From positions 123,878,001 to 123,942,000 of the forward strand of contig NW_024704742.1 in NCBI RefSeq assembly GCF_018977255.1: a DNA stretch of 64,000 nucleotides, in the 5' to 3' direction. How positions within the stretch are numbered: position 1 is the first letter of the stretch; each line of letters starts with the position of its first letter. The stretch is from Callorhinchus milii (lineage: Eukaryota). The notes beneath the pieces were generated by a model, which was not told the DNA's origin, searched no databases, and saw only the letters and a list, made by a program, of their open reading frames with translations. Of the stretch, positions 27,222 to 39,107 are shown piece by piece. A program made the translations under genes and the position numbers.

Positions 27222-27712
27222 CTGCAGGAGGGCAACACAAGAAGCACTCACACAGCATCCAAGGCAACCCCTACTGATAGCCATGTCAACACTGTGACTC
27301 CTGTATCTCTCTCTCTCTCTCTCTCACTCACTCTCTGTTAATGCAGCTGTTAAAAGTTTGATGCATTTCGCTTTCAGTTTTTTTCTCTCCAAGAAATAGC
27401 AATCAATTCAATTTCCCTTTAAACTTTGGATCCTGCAAATAGTAACCTGACCAGACATGCAAACGAGAGGAAGGGTATTCCATCGAGTGACTACATTTGC
27501 TTTGCACGTATTTGTTTCCCCCACTTGCAAAATTGCAGACAAAAGCTTACACGTTCGCGATTTTAAAAACTAGCGACGTTTTACGATTTTAAAAACGAAC
27601 TGCTTCCACATGTCGGGTGGAGGGGGGGGGTGAAGATTAGTAGGAAAGCAACGTCTATTGGAGGAGGAAAAAAACATTGCAAAACAACTTCCAAGGAAAT
27701 GATGCAACTTAC

Positions 27713-27916
27713 TTTTCCTCTGTATTTTTCCAGGGAAACTGTCTTCCCTTTGGAGTTTTGCACCTCGAAAGAATAGAAGCTTTGTTTTCTGTGGCTGAAC
27801 AGTTTCAGCTGCAGTAAACACAGCAAGGAGGTGCACACCAGCATGCAAGTGAACACCACAAAGATTCTGGCTTTGGGCGCTGAGCACTTGAGCAGAACAG
27901 CAGACACCGACTCCAT
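27713..27916 (-). CDS. GPX8: GPX8 exon 1 (MESVSAVLLKCSAPKARIFVVF...SLEKYRGK), type II transmembrane anchor
   Basis: Aligns with human [23 protein letters not shown]...SLEKYKGK; 204 nt; GTAAGT donor. Confidence 0.96.
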
Positions 27917-28117
27917 TATGCTTGGGATAGAGAGAAAGGCGGAGACAGACAAACCCCTGGGGGATGGGGCGAGGGGGAGGGAGAACATACCACAGAGTTT
28001 GGTCACCACACATCCTAAAAAAAAATCCCTGTTATCATCCAGCACCACAGATTCATCGAAACGGGTTGTTTTTTTCCCCCCAGTTATTGAATTCATTTTC
28101 TCCCGAGTGCTACACGG

Positions 28118-28511
28118 ATTTCTGTAGCGTAGTGGTTAGCGCGCTCACCTCGCCAGCCACAGGACCCGGGTTCGATTTCCGGGCGGGTAAAACCTTCAAC
28201 GAGTTTTCTTACTTCACACGCCTCTGTTCACCTAGGAGTAAGCAGGAACCCAGTTGTTGGTGGGTTGGCGGATCGCTTTCAGGGGGTAATAATCCCTTGA
28301 AAGAATTTGGTCACTCAATCCATGACTATGGGACACCGCTGTGCGCAATTGGCTGCCGCGTTTTGCCCACAAAATACACAAAAACAACAACAAATGACAT
28401 TTGTATAACTTCTTTCGCATCAGGAGGATGTCCCAGTCAATATACTTTACAGTACTGTGAAGTGCTTTGAGAGGTGATAAAGCGCTATATCAAATGCAAG
28501 TATTATTATTA
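28118..28511 (+). mobile_element. tRNA-derived SINE (longer subfamily) about 200 bp upstream of the GPX8 ATG
   Basis: tRNA-like head, Deu-like core, tail; related copies at about 3220-3600, 5204-5490, 7420-7765, 23000-23361, 25650-25998, 46460-46809, 53280-53605. Confidence 0.85.
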
Positions 28512-30662
28512 AACTTTTTTTCCCCTATATTATTTGATTAATTTTCTCCCCAACTGGCATATTGCCTTCTTCACTTGTGGTCCCAGCCTCCTTGTGCTGT
28601 GGTGCATTTCCAGGGGGCGCTGGTTGCCCTCCCGTATCCTGCCCAAGATGCCATTCTTCATATGTGAGCCCTGGCAGTGAGTGCGTCCAAGCCACTGCAG
28701 AGAGGGTGCCACAGCTGAGCTGTACCTCTCTCTGCCCACCCAGGTGCCATCCAATGCACTTCCAGTAAAGAGTACTGAAGAGGGATAAGCAGCAGGAACC
28801 GGTAAGCCTTCCCCGTCCTAACTGTAGGAAAGCCAAGAGCCAATTTAACCTTCTCATTGCAGCCTAAGAAAAAATTGCAGCTTCATATTGGACCTCTGTA
28901 TTATCAGGGCTGCCTCTAAACACCACTTTCAAGCAGATCGCTAATGGGGGAGCTTCTAAACAACGACAACAAATTACATTTTTATAATGTCTTTCACATT
29001 GGGAGAATGCCCTGAGGCAGCAAGGCGCTAAAACATATTTCCAGATTTTATCTCATCTATATTTTATATAATTCATGTACTTAGCACTGAACAGACATAA
29101 CATCCCATAACAGCTCATTGCTATACTTTTTGTTAAAGGAATAAGACTTAAAATGTAGAAACAATTTTTTAATTGTTGTTGTTTAATTCGTGAATTTCAA
29201 TTTTTTTTGTTGCCTTCCTTTGGATGAGTTGTTGAACCGAAGACCCATTTGTCTCTTTTTTCAGTAGATGTTAAAAATTCTAGGATGCTATTTGAAAAGA
29301 GGAAGGAGTTTCTCTAACTATCCTGGGAGAAATCTCCAGATTAGTTCATCAATCACGTTCACAGCCTCTTCGACCATGCTTACTGCCACCTCCCCCCACC
29401 ACCCCACCACCGGCTCGGAGTCAGGCTCCGCTACTGTTTAGCGCTCTGAGACGTGGAGGGCGGTTTACAGCGAGTTGTTGTTGTATGGGTGTTTGTCATT
29501 TTGCATCTGCAATGTCCCACAGTCATTTTTGCCAACAAAACCAGTAACTACATTTGACACTACTGTAGAGCTCTTTGAGAGGTTTCAACAACAACAACAA
29601 CAAGATTACATTTGTATAGCACCTTTCATGTCAGGAGGATGGCCCAAGGCGCTGGACAGAGTACAGCATTTCAGACTCGAGCTGGGGTTGGGGGAGTAAG
29701 GGAGGGGAGGGGAAGGGGGAATGGCATCATGCTAATATTACCCTCCTCTGCCACTACCTCTCCTTGGGCCAACGGAACTCTAATCTACACGTTCACCATA
29801 TCCAGGCTAGATTACCCTAACTCTCGGGTCACCAGACTACCTGGCTTTTGCCTTCACAAGCGACAGACTATCCAGAACTCTGCAGCTCTTGTCCTTTCCT
29901 GCGCTAGGCTCCACGAGCCTATCACCCCTATCCTTCCCTGACTCTCCCTGCTCCCCCAGCAGATCGAGTTCAATATCCTTATCCAACCTTTAAATCCACT
30001 GTGAATCACAACATAAATTGTTGGAAGTGCTGTTCTTCGGGTGAGATGTTCACCAAAGTCCCATATACTGTTCAGGTAGATGTTAAAGCTCCCATGACCC
30101 TATTTGAAAAAGGAAGGGAGTTTCTTCCAATATCGTGGCCGACCGTCCCCCAAGTAAAATTGGTCATTCACTGCATGGCAGTTTGTAAAACTGGTCATCC
30201 GTGCAATTTGGGTGCAAATTGACTGCTGAGTTCACCTACAAAATACAGTCATCGACTTTACAGTAAACGTTCTGTTAAGTTCTTTGATACAAACTTTCGA
30301 CATAAAAAGCACTATAGAAATTGTAAAGATTATTATGGAAAAGTACTATTCACAAGATCAGAAGAAAGATTCAGGTGAAGAAAGCCCTTTGGCCCATTTG
30401 ATCTTATCATCCAGAATTCCCATCACAGCATCAAACAGCTTTTTTAAAGGAGTCCAATGACACAACCACCCTTAGTGGTAAGATCTGACTTTTCCTGAAG
30501 ATGTAGTTCTGGGCCAGTGATGACCTGGCCAGCCTTGCAGATCATTCCCATTAGCTGAATGCTTTGTGCAAAGTTATACTGTTATATTCCTCCCTCTTTA
30601 CCAGAATTACCAACATGTCCTCCTGACGTTATCTCTCTCTCTCTCTCTATACTTGTTTGTAG

Positions 30663-31727
30663 GTGACAGAAAAAAAGAAACATCTAATGTCTCATTTTAA
30701 AACTAACACAGCTGGAAACAGGGTGAAGTGGGAGCTGCCAAGCCCAGTTGCCTGTAGCAGCCCAGTGATTGCACAGTGGCAGCACTTACACAGGAGAGAA
30801 GTGAGAAGTGGGGCTGTTGGCCAAACTTCAGTAGTGGCAATAGTTGAGTCAGGACCACGGTCGAGGGTTGGCAGTGGAGCAGCGACAGTAACAGAGACAG
30901 GGGTTAGGGCTGGAGCAGGTACAGTAACCGAGACAGGGGTTAGGGCTGGAGCAGGGACAGTAACCGAGACGGGGGTTAGGGCTGGAGCAGGGACAGTAAC
31001 CGAGACGGGGGTTAGGGCTGGAGCAGGGACAGTAACAGGGACAGGGGTTAGGGCTGGAGCAGGGACAGTAACAGGGACAGGGGTTAGGGCTGGAGCAGGG
31101 ACAGTAACCGAGACGGGGGTTAGGGCTGGAGCAGGGACAGTAACAGGGACAGGGGTTAGGGCTGGAGCAGGGACAGTAACAGGGACAGGGGTTAGGGCTG
31201 GAGCAGGGACAGTAACAGGGACAGGGGTTAGGGCTGGAGCAGGGACAGAGGTGGGGCTTGGAATAGGGACATGGGTTAAAGATAAAGCAGTGACACAACC
31301 TTGGGCTGGAGCACAGACAGTAGCAGGAACTGAGAATACAGTGACAGAAATAGGGGCAGCAACAGCAACAAATTACATTTGTATAGCGCCTTTCACATCA
31401 GGAGCATGTCCCAAGGCGCTGACAGTAAGGACTGGGACTTTAACAGGTGCCGGGATAGTGACTGGAACTGGGGCAATGACAGGAGCCGAGGCTGGGACTG
31501 AGACACGGTTGGAAACTGAGACTGGTACAGGGGAAGTAATAGGAGGTGGACCTGAGACTGTAATAGTGACTGTAATAGAGCCAGGAACTGGGTTGTAACG
31601 GTGAGGGGGGCAGAGGCAAAAACAGGAATAGGGGCTCTGGGCACATATGGACGCTACACGCACAGAAATACAGCCTGTCAGGCAGCATGTCCAGCACATC
31701 ATGAACCAACATTACAGACTCCAGCAG
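30663..31727 (+). CDS. CDC20B: CDC20B coding exon 3, expanded; contains a 1-nt frame break near 31590
   Basis: tttgtag acceptor; SHFKTN...SPVACSSPVIAQWQ matches human SDFKSN...VPVASSPITTRWQ; 3' end EPTLQTPA-G matches human EQLKTPSK-G; strong CAG|gtatga donor at 31728 whose phase 1 (in the downstream frame) fits exon 4. Confidence 0.7.
30885..31244 (+). repeat. Coding minisatellite, 10 x 36 bp, encoding TVT(E/G)TGVRAGAG
   Basis: Unit acagtaac(c/a)g(a/g)gac(a/g)ggggttagggctggagcaggg in frame with CDC20B exon 3. Confidence 0.97.
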
Positions 31728-32658
31728 GTATGAGAGCTCTGTTGTGTCATAATAAACTGAGGTGTTCAGTATTAATATTTTACACAAACTTAATATTATA
31801 CTGTATAGCCAAAAGAAAAGGAAACCAGACAAATAATGACGAGAGGTACCCATTAAATGCTGTCGGAATAAACTTTTTTTTACACAAAAAATCACAGGAA
31901 ATGGCCAGCACGGTGAGAAAATGTCAAAAATACAAACACCAAAAGATACCCCTTTCCCCAGAATCTATTTGATGTAATGCTCTTTTTTTTTCTTGTGCTT
32001 ATCGCAATTCTACATATTATTATATAAACGATAACACACTCTGAAGTTAAAGACAGGTTCTTAATACATTCAGAATTAAGCAATTCCAAAGAAAATGTAC
32101 CTTCAGGGAAACATTTAGGTTTAAAAGCAGCCACTAGGTGGTGCAATAACACAACATACACTATGTAGGCATTTGCTGCTGTTGTTCAGTGGTCAATAAT
32201 TGATTGCCACTTAATAAGGCATTTTTATAGATCCTTAACACCACAACTCAAAGTGCTTCTCAGGTGATTATTGTCAAGTGCAGTTTTTATTCTCTAGCGT
32301 CAGCACAGTCTCATAAACATCCATAGGGTAAATTTGGTCAGCTATTAATTCTTCAGCATAGATGTCATTGGAAATCATTTTTGGAACAGCGTAAAGACGA
32401 GCCATTATGCCTTTTTAATCTATAAAAATGCTTTAAGCAAGAACACAATATTTGTAGCATGCGTGTATTGTATTAAAGTCATTATAAATGTGTTTTTCAG
32501 TTCAATGTATCACATAGCATCAAAGGTGAAAAAATATATACAGGAAGCCCTTAGGAGTTCCGATCTATAAGTTATTTTATTGACTTAAAACAGACATCAA
32601 ACATCATTCTCATCTTGTTTCTGTTTGTCTATTCACACATTAATGATTTTGCTTTCAG

Positions 32659-32807
32659 TTATGACCAGAATCGCAGAGACTAATGAGGAGACAAAAACTC
32701 CAACAAGCATTACTCATGACTACATCTCGGATCATAAGCTCGTAAACCTACAAATCGCCAACCATCATTCACACCATCACCAGAAGGTCAACGGTGTCAT
32801 AAGACAA
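32659..32807 (+). CDS. CDC20B: CDC20B coding exon 4 (V)MTRIAETNEE...QKVNGVIRQ; donor could alternatively follow 32786
   Basis: ttttgctttcag acceptor, phase 1; RIAETN resembles human GISETSN; two in-frame phase-0 donors (AAG|gtcaac, CAA|gtaggc). Confidence 0.65.
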
Positions 32808-33746
32808 GTAGGCGAACAGAGAGTATCTTACAAAATAATGGTACAAAACTTATATTTTATGTTGTCAGTGAATGTTTGCTACCTATGGCCTACATCAGCT
32901 GTTTTTTAAAAAAAAAAGGAGAATATTTTATAAAATTAATAACATTTGTTAAAATTAATCATATCATATTTTTCACTTCATCTCTGCCTCTCCATGCTTT
33001 GACTCTGTTTCATTACTGAAGATACCCTATAAAATGTGCTAGGATTTTAAACTTAAAAACAGAAGGGTACCGAGTGCTTCTGGTAACCTCCCTCTCCCCG
33101 GCTCGGAGTCAGGTTCTGACACCGTTAAACGTCCTGAGCCTCTGACCGGGTGACGGGTGCTATATAAATGCAAGTTGTTGTTGTCGTCTCATGAATGATT
33201 TTCCTAAGAAAATTTTGTCAACCAGATAGCCATAAAATAAAATTTGCTGTTTGCTGGATCTGCTCTCTGAACTATAGACATTAAACAGGCAAATTAGTAG
33301 GAAGCTTATGTAGGTTCACAAGATGCTAAATTGGAGTGAGAAGATCAACCCAGAGCGCTGTTCATCAATAATAATAATGTATAATAATAATCAATGGCTG
33401 AAGTGGATTATTCAGGAGGGTGGTTGTGGCTTAGATACTGAACCCGTTTAAGAAGTAATTAGATGGTGTAATGGGAAATCAATAGGGTTGGTATTCCCGA
33501 AAAATTAGATCAAATGGGTCGATGAGCCCAAGTGCCTTCTTTATCCGATTACCCCTGGTAACTTGGAATAAACAACAACAACAAAATTACATTTGTATAG
33601 CGCACTTCACGTCAGGAGGATGTCCCAAGGTGTTGGACAATTAGTGAATCAGTTAATAACACACAAATGTTGTAAAACAGCCTATTGGAATTTGAATTAT
33701 TTTATTGAAACCAGTGTCCATTCTAACATTTATATATTTTTGACAG

Positions 33747-33840
33747 AAACGTCCGAGGGAGGCTTCTAGCCTAAATCGTTCTGAAATAAACAAGTACCAA
33801 GATGTGAACATTTCTGGAAAATGCAGTGAAACATTTAAAG
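33747..33840 (+). CDS. CDC20B: CDC20B coding exon 5 (KRPREASSLNRSEINKYQDVNISGKCSETFK-G)
   Basis: tttttgacag acceptor, AAAG|gtacag donor; 94 nt, phase 0 to 1, links exon 4 to exon 6; SETFKG resembles human SECVWKG. Confidence 0.7.
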
Positions 33841-36466
33841 GTACAGTGTTAAGCTCTCTGGGACGCTACCCTGCAAGTTATATAAATACAAGTTTTTGTT
33901 GTTGTTGACATTATTTAGTTGCTTGCTCCTGCTTTGTTGAATTTATAGGTAAGGATTGATTCTTTTAATGATATAACATACATAACTGGGATCAAACTAT
34001 CCCTACTGGTACAGTAGGTGCCTATGGCAGGATTAGTGGACTGTATCCTAGGATATTTAACAACAAATTGCATTTATATAGCACCTTTTACATTGAGAGG
34101 ACGTCCCAAGGTGCTGGACAATGAGGTTTACATCCGAGCTGTGGGTCAGGATCAGAAAGGGGTGGAGGGCAAGGAAGTAACTTATAATTTATCAATAATT
34201 TAGAAAAATTAAGACGCACTAACAAACATTATGAGAGAGTCAGTTGCTACTGGTGAGGTTTCACCAGACTAGAAACAAGCAGATGGGATTCTTAGGTTCA
34301 AAAAAGGTCACACAACTATACCTGGCAACTACAGACCCATTTCCCAGACCATAGTAATTGGAAAAATTATAGAGTTAATACAATACAAAATTACATTTGA
34401 ATAGTTCCGTTCATGCCAGGAGGACGTCCCAAGGCACGAATCATCAGAAAGAAAATGGAAATGCATAAAATAACTTTCCAGCCAGCTTGGATTCAGAAGG
34501 GATAGATTTTGCTGACCATGCACTACCACCACCACAACAACAACTTGCATTTATTTCGCAGATCAGATAAAGCAGGCTCTTTGGCTGTGGAAGCTAAGCT
34601 TTGTATATAGAAAGCAAGAATGGGAGGCACAAATACTTCATGGATGGGTTAGAACTTGCCAGCAGTGAAACTGAAAGACATCTAGGAATGTGAGTTGACT
34701 CATCAGTCAAAACAGTGTGAGGCAGGAATTAATAAGGCAAACAGAATGCTGGGCTAGATTGCCAAATCAGCTTAGATCCTCAGAAGTCAAGCTATATATA
34801 GTACTCTGGTCAGTCCACACCTAGAGTTCTGCATGCGGTTACAGTCACTGCAGCATAAGAGACTACCTAGACCTTACAGGCTGCATGTAGGACTCAAACA
34901 AGATTCATTAAACAACTTGATGCTGTGATGGGAGGAAGGAAGACTGGGATCTCTGGAAAGATGAGATCAAATGCGCTGAAGGGCCTTGTTATCTGAAGCT
35001 CTGTTGTGATTGGCCTGTCTGCTCTGTGACTCATGGTGCGATGATAAGAAGTAGAAGTAACTGTAAAAGTTACCCAGATATGATATAACCTTCATACCTG
35101 ATGTTTGCTGACCGCTGAACCATGGTTATAGTTTCCATTTAAACCCAAGCTGAGTAGGTCTAGAGTGTGATTTGTGTGTGTCCTGTGGTGCTATTGATGA
35201 TCTAGACACGCAAAGTACATCTACTGCCTGATGCACTGCTGACCACAGAGATGCAAACCTCACAGTCTCTCTCAATTCCTCTCCTGCCGCCACATTAAAC
35301 AATACACTAAAACATCTTAGGGCTACTTTATTTGCAAAACTGTGAACGATATAAAAGCAGCACGTTTTAGCAATAATAACACGATAACATTTTCATTGCT
35401 GTATTTTTGAAAGTCTGTGTTTAGTTTAGTAAACTGTTTTGAAGAGATAACTGCTGTTTATAACCTTTCATCAGAAACCCAAATGTTTTTCTCTATTGGA
35501 TGCAGATTGACCTGGGCAGCAGTCCTGTTTATATTTTAGATTTCCAGTATGCAACGTTTTTCTTTCTATTAGATCACCAGAGATTAAGTAGATCATAGCC
35601 CATAACTAGCAGAATTAGATCTACAGCACCGAGGCAAGTCATTCTGCTCATTTAGTTTATTACGGTATTTATTATTCCACTTGAACCTCCACATATCCTA
35701 ATCTCTCCTCCCGAGCCTCCCTGCTCCACTTGCCTTTCTGCACCCACCCCCTATTACTCCATCCTGGAGCCCCTCTGTCTTGCTCCTCTCTTGCCTCCTC
35801 CAAGGCCCATCTCAAGACCTTGCTCTTCAATCGTGCCTTTGGTCATCTTCCCACCACCAAACCCCTTGCCCTCCACCCCTCTTGACTCCAGCCTCCAGCT
35901 CAGGTCCAAACCCTTGACTGTGCAGAGCACCTTGGGACATCCTCCTGATTTGAAAGGTGCTATATAAATGCAAGTTGTTGTTGTTTACCTTTCTAATTCT
36001 TCTCCCTTGTGTAGTAAAGATAGATGTTTGCCAAGCCTTCACAGGGATGTGAGCATAGAAAATGGACGAACTAAATCATCTTGATAAACAGGTGCATATA
36101 CAAAGTTGCCTTGAGAAAAGGATGCCAACTGAGATTACTGAAATACAAACAAATGTTTTTGCTCTTTCCCCTTCTCCCAAATAATTGAGGAGGAGTCTTT
36201 CAAAGGGTAAAATGATGTGCTGACAGGGTCCTGCTCAGAGGCATATCTTTCACAGCAACTAACTTAAAATTAATTATTAGTGAAATGATACCGTTCATCT
36301 ACTTTTCAAATGACTTTGAAAAACAGAAATTTGTGATGGATTTCACTTCAAAGAATTTTGAAAATAAGAAATGCCACATGAAGGTGAGGTTCGAAAAATC
36401 TCGCTGCCCTGCACCTATCCATTAATTATTGATCAACACAACAAAACAATCTGCGGTTTGTTTCAG

Positions 36467-36589
36467 GGCACAAGAGCAATCTGGGTGATCTTTCTCTTCA
36501 CAATTCAATTGATAACAAGGCAGACAAACGACACGTACCTTCAGTCCCAATGAAAATCTTGGATGCTCCAGGTCTGAAGGATGATTACT
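36467..36589 (+). CDS. CDC20B: CDC20B coding exon 6 (...KRHVPSVPMKILDAPGLKDDY)
   Basis: tttcag acceptor, T|gtaagt donor; ILDAPxLxDDYY is the start of the Cdc20/Fizzy WD40 domain. Confidence 0.93.
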
Positions 36590-37285
36590 GTAAGTATTGC
36601 TATCCATTACTATCCCCACCAAAATTCCTCTAGTTTACATTTTAGACTTTGAACATAATCATCAAGAAATTTTTTAAAAAAAATTCTTCCCTACTTATCC
36701 AAAAGTACTAACTTGGGCTGGGATGCAATTCTAATGGCTTCAGTTCTCCCCATTACCGCATCCAAGTGTCAACTCTTTATATGTGACCCTAAAATGTAAG
36801 GTCTTTATACACTTGTCCCAATTATAAACCATGGATTGCTTTTATTGCAATCCGTTTATGATGGACCCCAGTGAGTGCCAGCATGCTATTTAGCTATAGG
36901 CCATCAAGGGTGAGCCTGATCTTGTGCCTAACCATTGTATATAGATTTTAAAGCAATGGGAGCAAGAATTCTTATTGCTTCTTCATCTCCGGAGTTAGAA
37001 TTGTGATACCAGCTGCAATGTTACTACTCCTGTTCCAGCTGAAATTGTCTAACCTAAGATTATACCTTTCTTGTCTATGTGGATCAGTTGTGTTAACAAC
37101 TATGCCAATTTGAAAATTGATTTTGATGAATTAACTCTTGTTGATCTTCACAAATAAAAATTCATCCTCAGATAAATCAGTAATTGACATGATCAGGATT
37201 TGCTGAGAAAAACTTCTAAGTAACATCCTATGAAATCAAGATGACCAACTCATCTTTTGATACCATTATTCATTGTATTTTCTAG

Positions 37286-37473
37286 ATCTCAATTTGATTG
37301 ACTGGAACACCACAAATCTTATAGCCATTGCTCTTTCCAATGTTGTGTATGTTTGGCTCCCAGAGTCTGAAGCATTTGAGGCCATAAAAGTGGAATCTGA
37401 CTATGTCTCATCAGTAGCCTGGATTAAAGATAGAAACAACCTTGCACTTGGAACTAGTGCTGGTGACGTGCAG
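37286..37473 (+). CDS. CDC20B: CDC20B coding exon 7 (YLNLIDWNTTNLIAIAL...LGTSAGDVQ)
   Basis: WD40 Cdc20-family sequence; tctag acceptor, CAG|gtaaca donor. Confidence 0.96.
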
Positions 37474-37997
37474 GTAACAGAATGGTGGTCAGTGTATTCT
37501 CACTTCAATTTGGTTGACTGGAAAGATTTCAGATAATAATTTCTGAATGTCAAACCACATAAGCACTTGCAATGAATTGTAAGTACGTAAAATTAGATAG
37601 AACAATACCTTGTGGGTGTTTTTACACCACATGAGCCTCCACCTCTCCTAATCGCCTTTCCCATATCTCTCAATTCTGTTCTCCTTCAACCATGCAGTAA
37701 ATAAAAGTAAGTAAATAAGCAAGTAAAGAAAGGGAATAATTTATCCACTAGCCTATTAATAAAAATAATAATAATCCTTGCATTTGATATAGTGCATCAT
37801 CATGTCTTCGAGACATCTCAAAGCGCTTCACAAAATATACTGTAAATAATTGTGGGTGAAACGCGCAGCCAATTGTGCATAGCAGTGTTCCACAAACAGT
37901 CCACAATCCACAAGTAGTGGATTAAGTGACCAAATTATTATTATTATTTTTTGAAAGGGATTATTACTCCAGGAAAAATGATCCGCCAATCGACTAA

Positions 37998-39107
37998 GCC
38001 ATACTCTGGCTCTCGTCAACATCGAAAATCTCATGGCTCTCACCTCCTCCACCTACTCGACCTCCCCCTAAAACTCTCCGAACCCGTACGCAACCTAGGT
38101 GTCAGGTTCGACCCCCAATTATTCTTCCTTCCCCGCATCCGGTCCCTCACCAGCACCGCCTCCTACCACCTCTGACGCATCGCCTGTCTCCGCCAATACC
38201 TCTAGCCAAAAGCCGCTGAAACCCTGGTCCGTGCCTTTGTCACCTCTCGGCTGGACTACTCCAATGCCTTCCTCACCGGTCTCCCATCCACTACCATCCA
38301 TAAAATCCAAATCATTAAAAACTCTGCCGCCCACATTCTCACCCACACCAAACTCCGCTCCCCGATCACCCCAGTCCTTGCCAGACTGCACTGGCTGCCT
38401 GTCCCAGAGCGGATGGATTTCAAGATCCTCACCCTTGTATTTAAGTCCCTGCACTCCTCTGCGCCCCCCTACCTCTCTGCCCTCCTCTCTCCTCAAAACA
38501 GTACCCGTTGCCTCCGTTCCTCTGGGTCTGGCCTCCTCCTCGTCCCTGGAGTCCTCCGCTCCACCCTCGGCGGCTGTGCCTTCAGCCACTATAATAATAA
38601 TAATAATCCTTGCATTTGATATTGCGCTTTCCACGTCGGGAGGACGTCCCAAAGCGCTTCACAGAACACACTGTAAAGTGAATTGACTGTATATTTGTGG
38701 GCGAATGCACAGCAATGTCCCACAAACAGTCGTAGTTTGGAAATGACCAATTTATTATTCTTTTTGGTTTTGGAGGGATTATTATTAGGCTCTATGTGGA
38801 GTAAGGAAACTTGCCCAAGGTTTCGCCCTGCCTGGAATTGAACTCAGCTTGCAAAGCGAGTGCTCTAACCACTGAGCTACAGGACTCCACTATGCCCCGA
38901 GGCTGGGGAAACTGTCTTCCTCACTCCCTTCGTTTCGCTTCCTCCCTTCCCATTTTAAGGTCTCTGCTGAAGACCTTTCTTTTTGACTATGCCTTTGGTC
39001 ACATTCCTCTCCCTCCCCCTGGCTCGGCCCCGGGATCCGTTACTGTAAAGCGCTCTGAGATGCCGTCCGGCGTGGAGGGCGCTATATTAATCCAAGTTGT
39101 TGTTGTT
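37998..39107 (+). mobile_element. 5'-truncated L2-type LINE (ORF2 C-terminus plus (GTT)n tail)
   Basis: VRNLGVRFD and LHWLP-type ORF2 remnants with stops; GACTAA flanking duplication. Confidence 0.88.
38593..38888 (-). mobile_element. Young SINE nested in an L2 fragment
   Basis: Same family; CCACTAT duplication at 38586 and 38887. Confidence 0.9.

Noticed and set aside
30849..31298. Cys/Pro-rich metallothionein-like ORF on -
   Set aside because: Antisense reading of the CDC20B coding minisatellite
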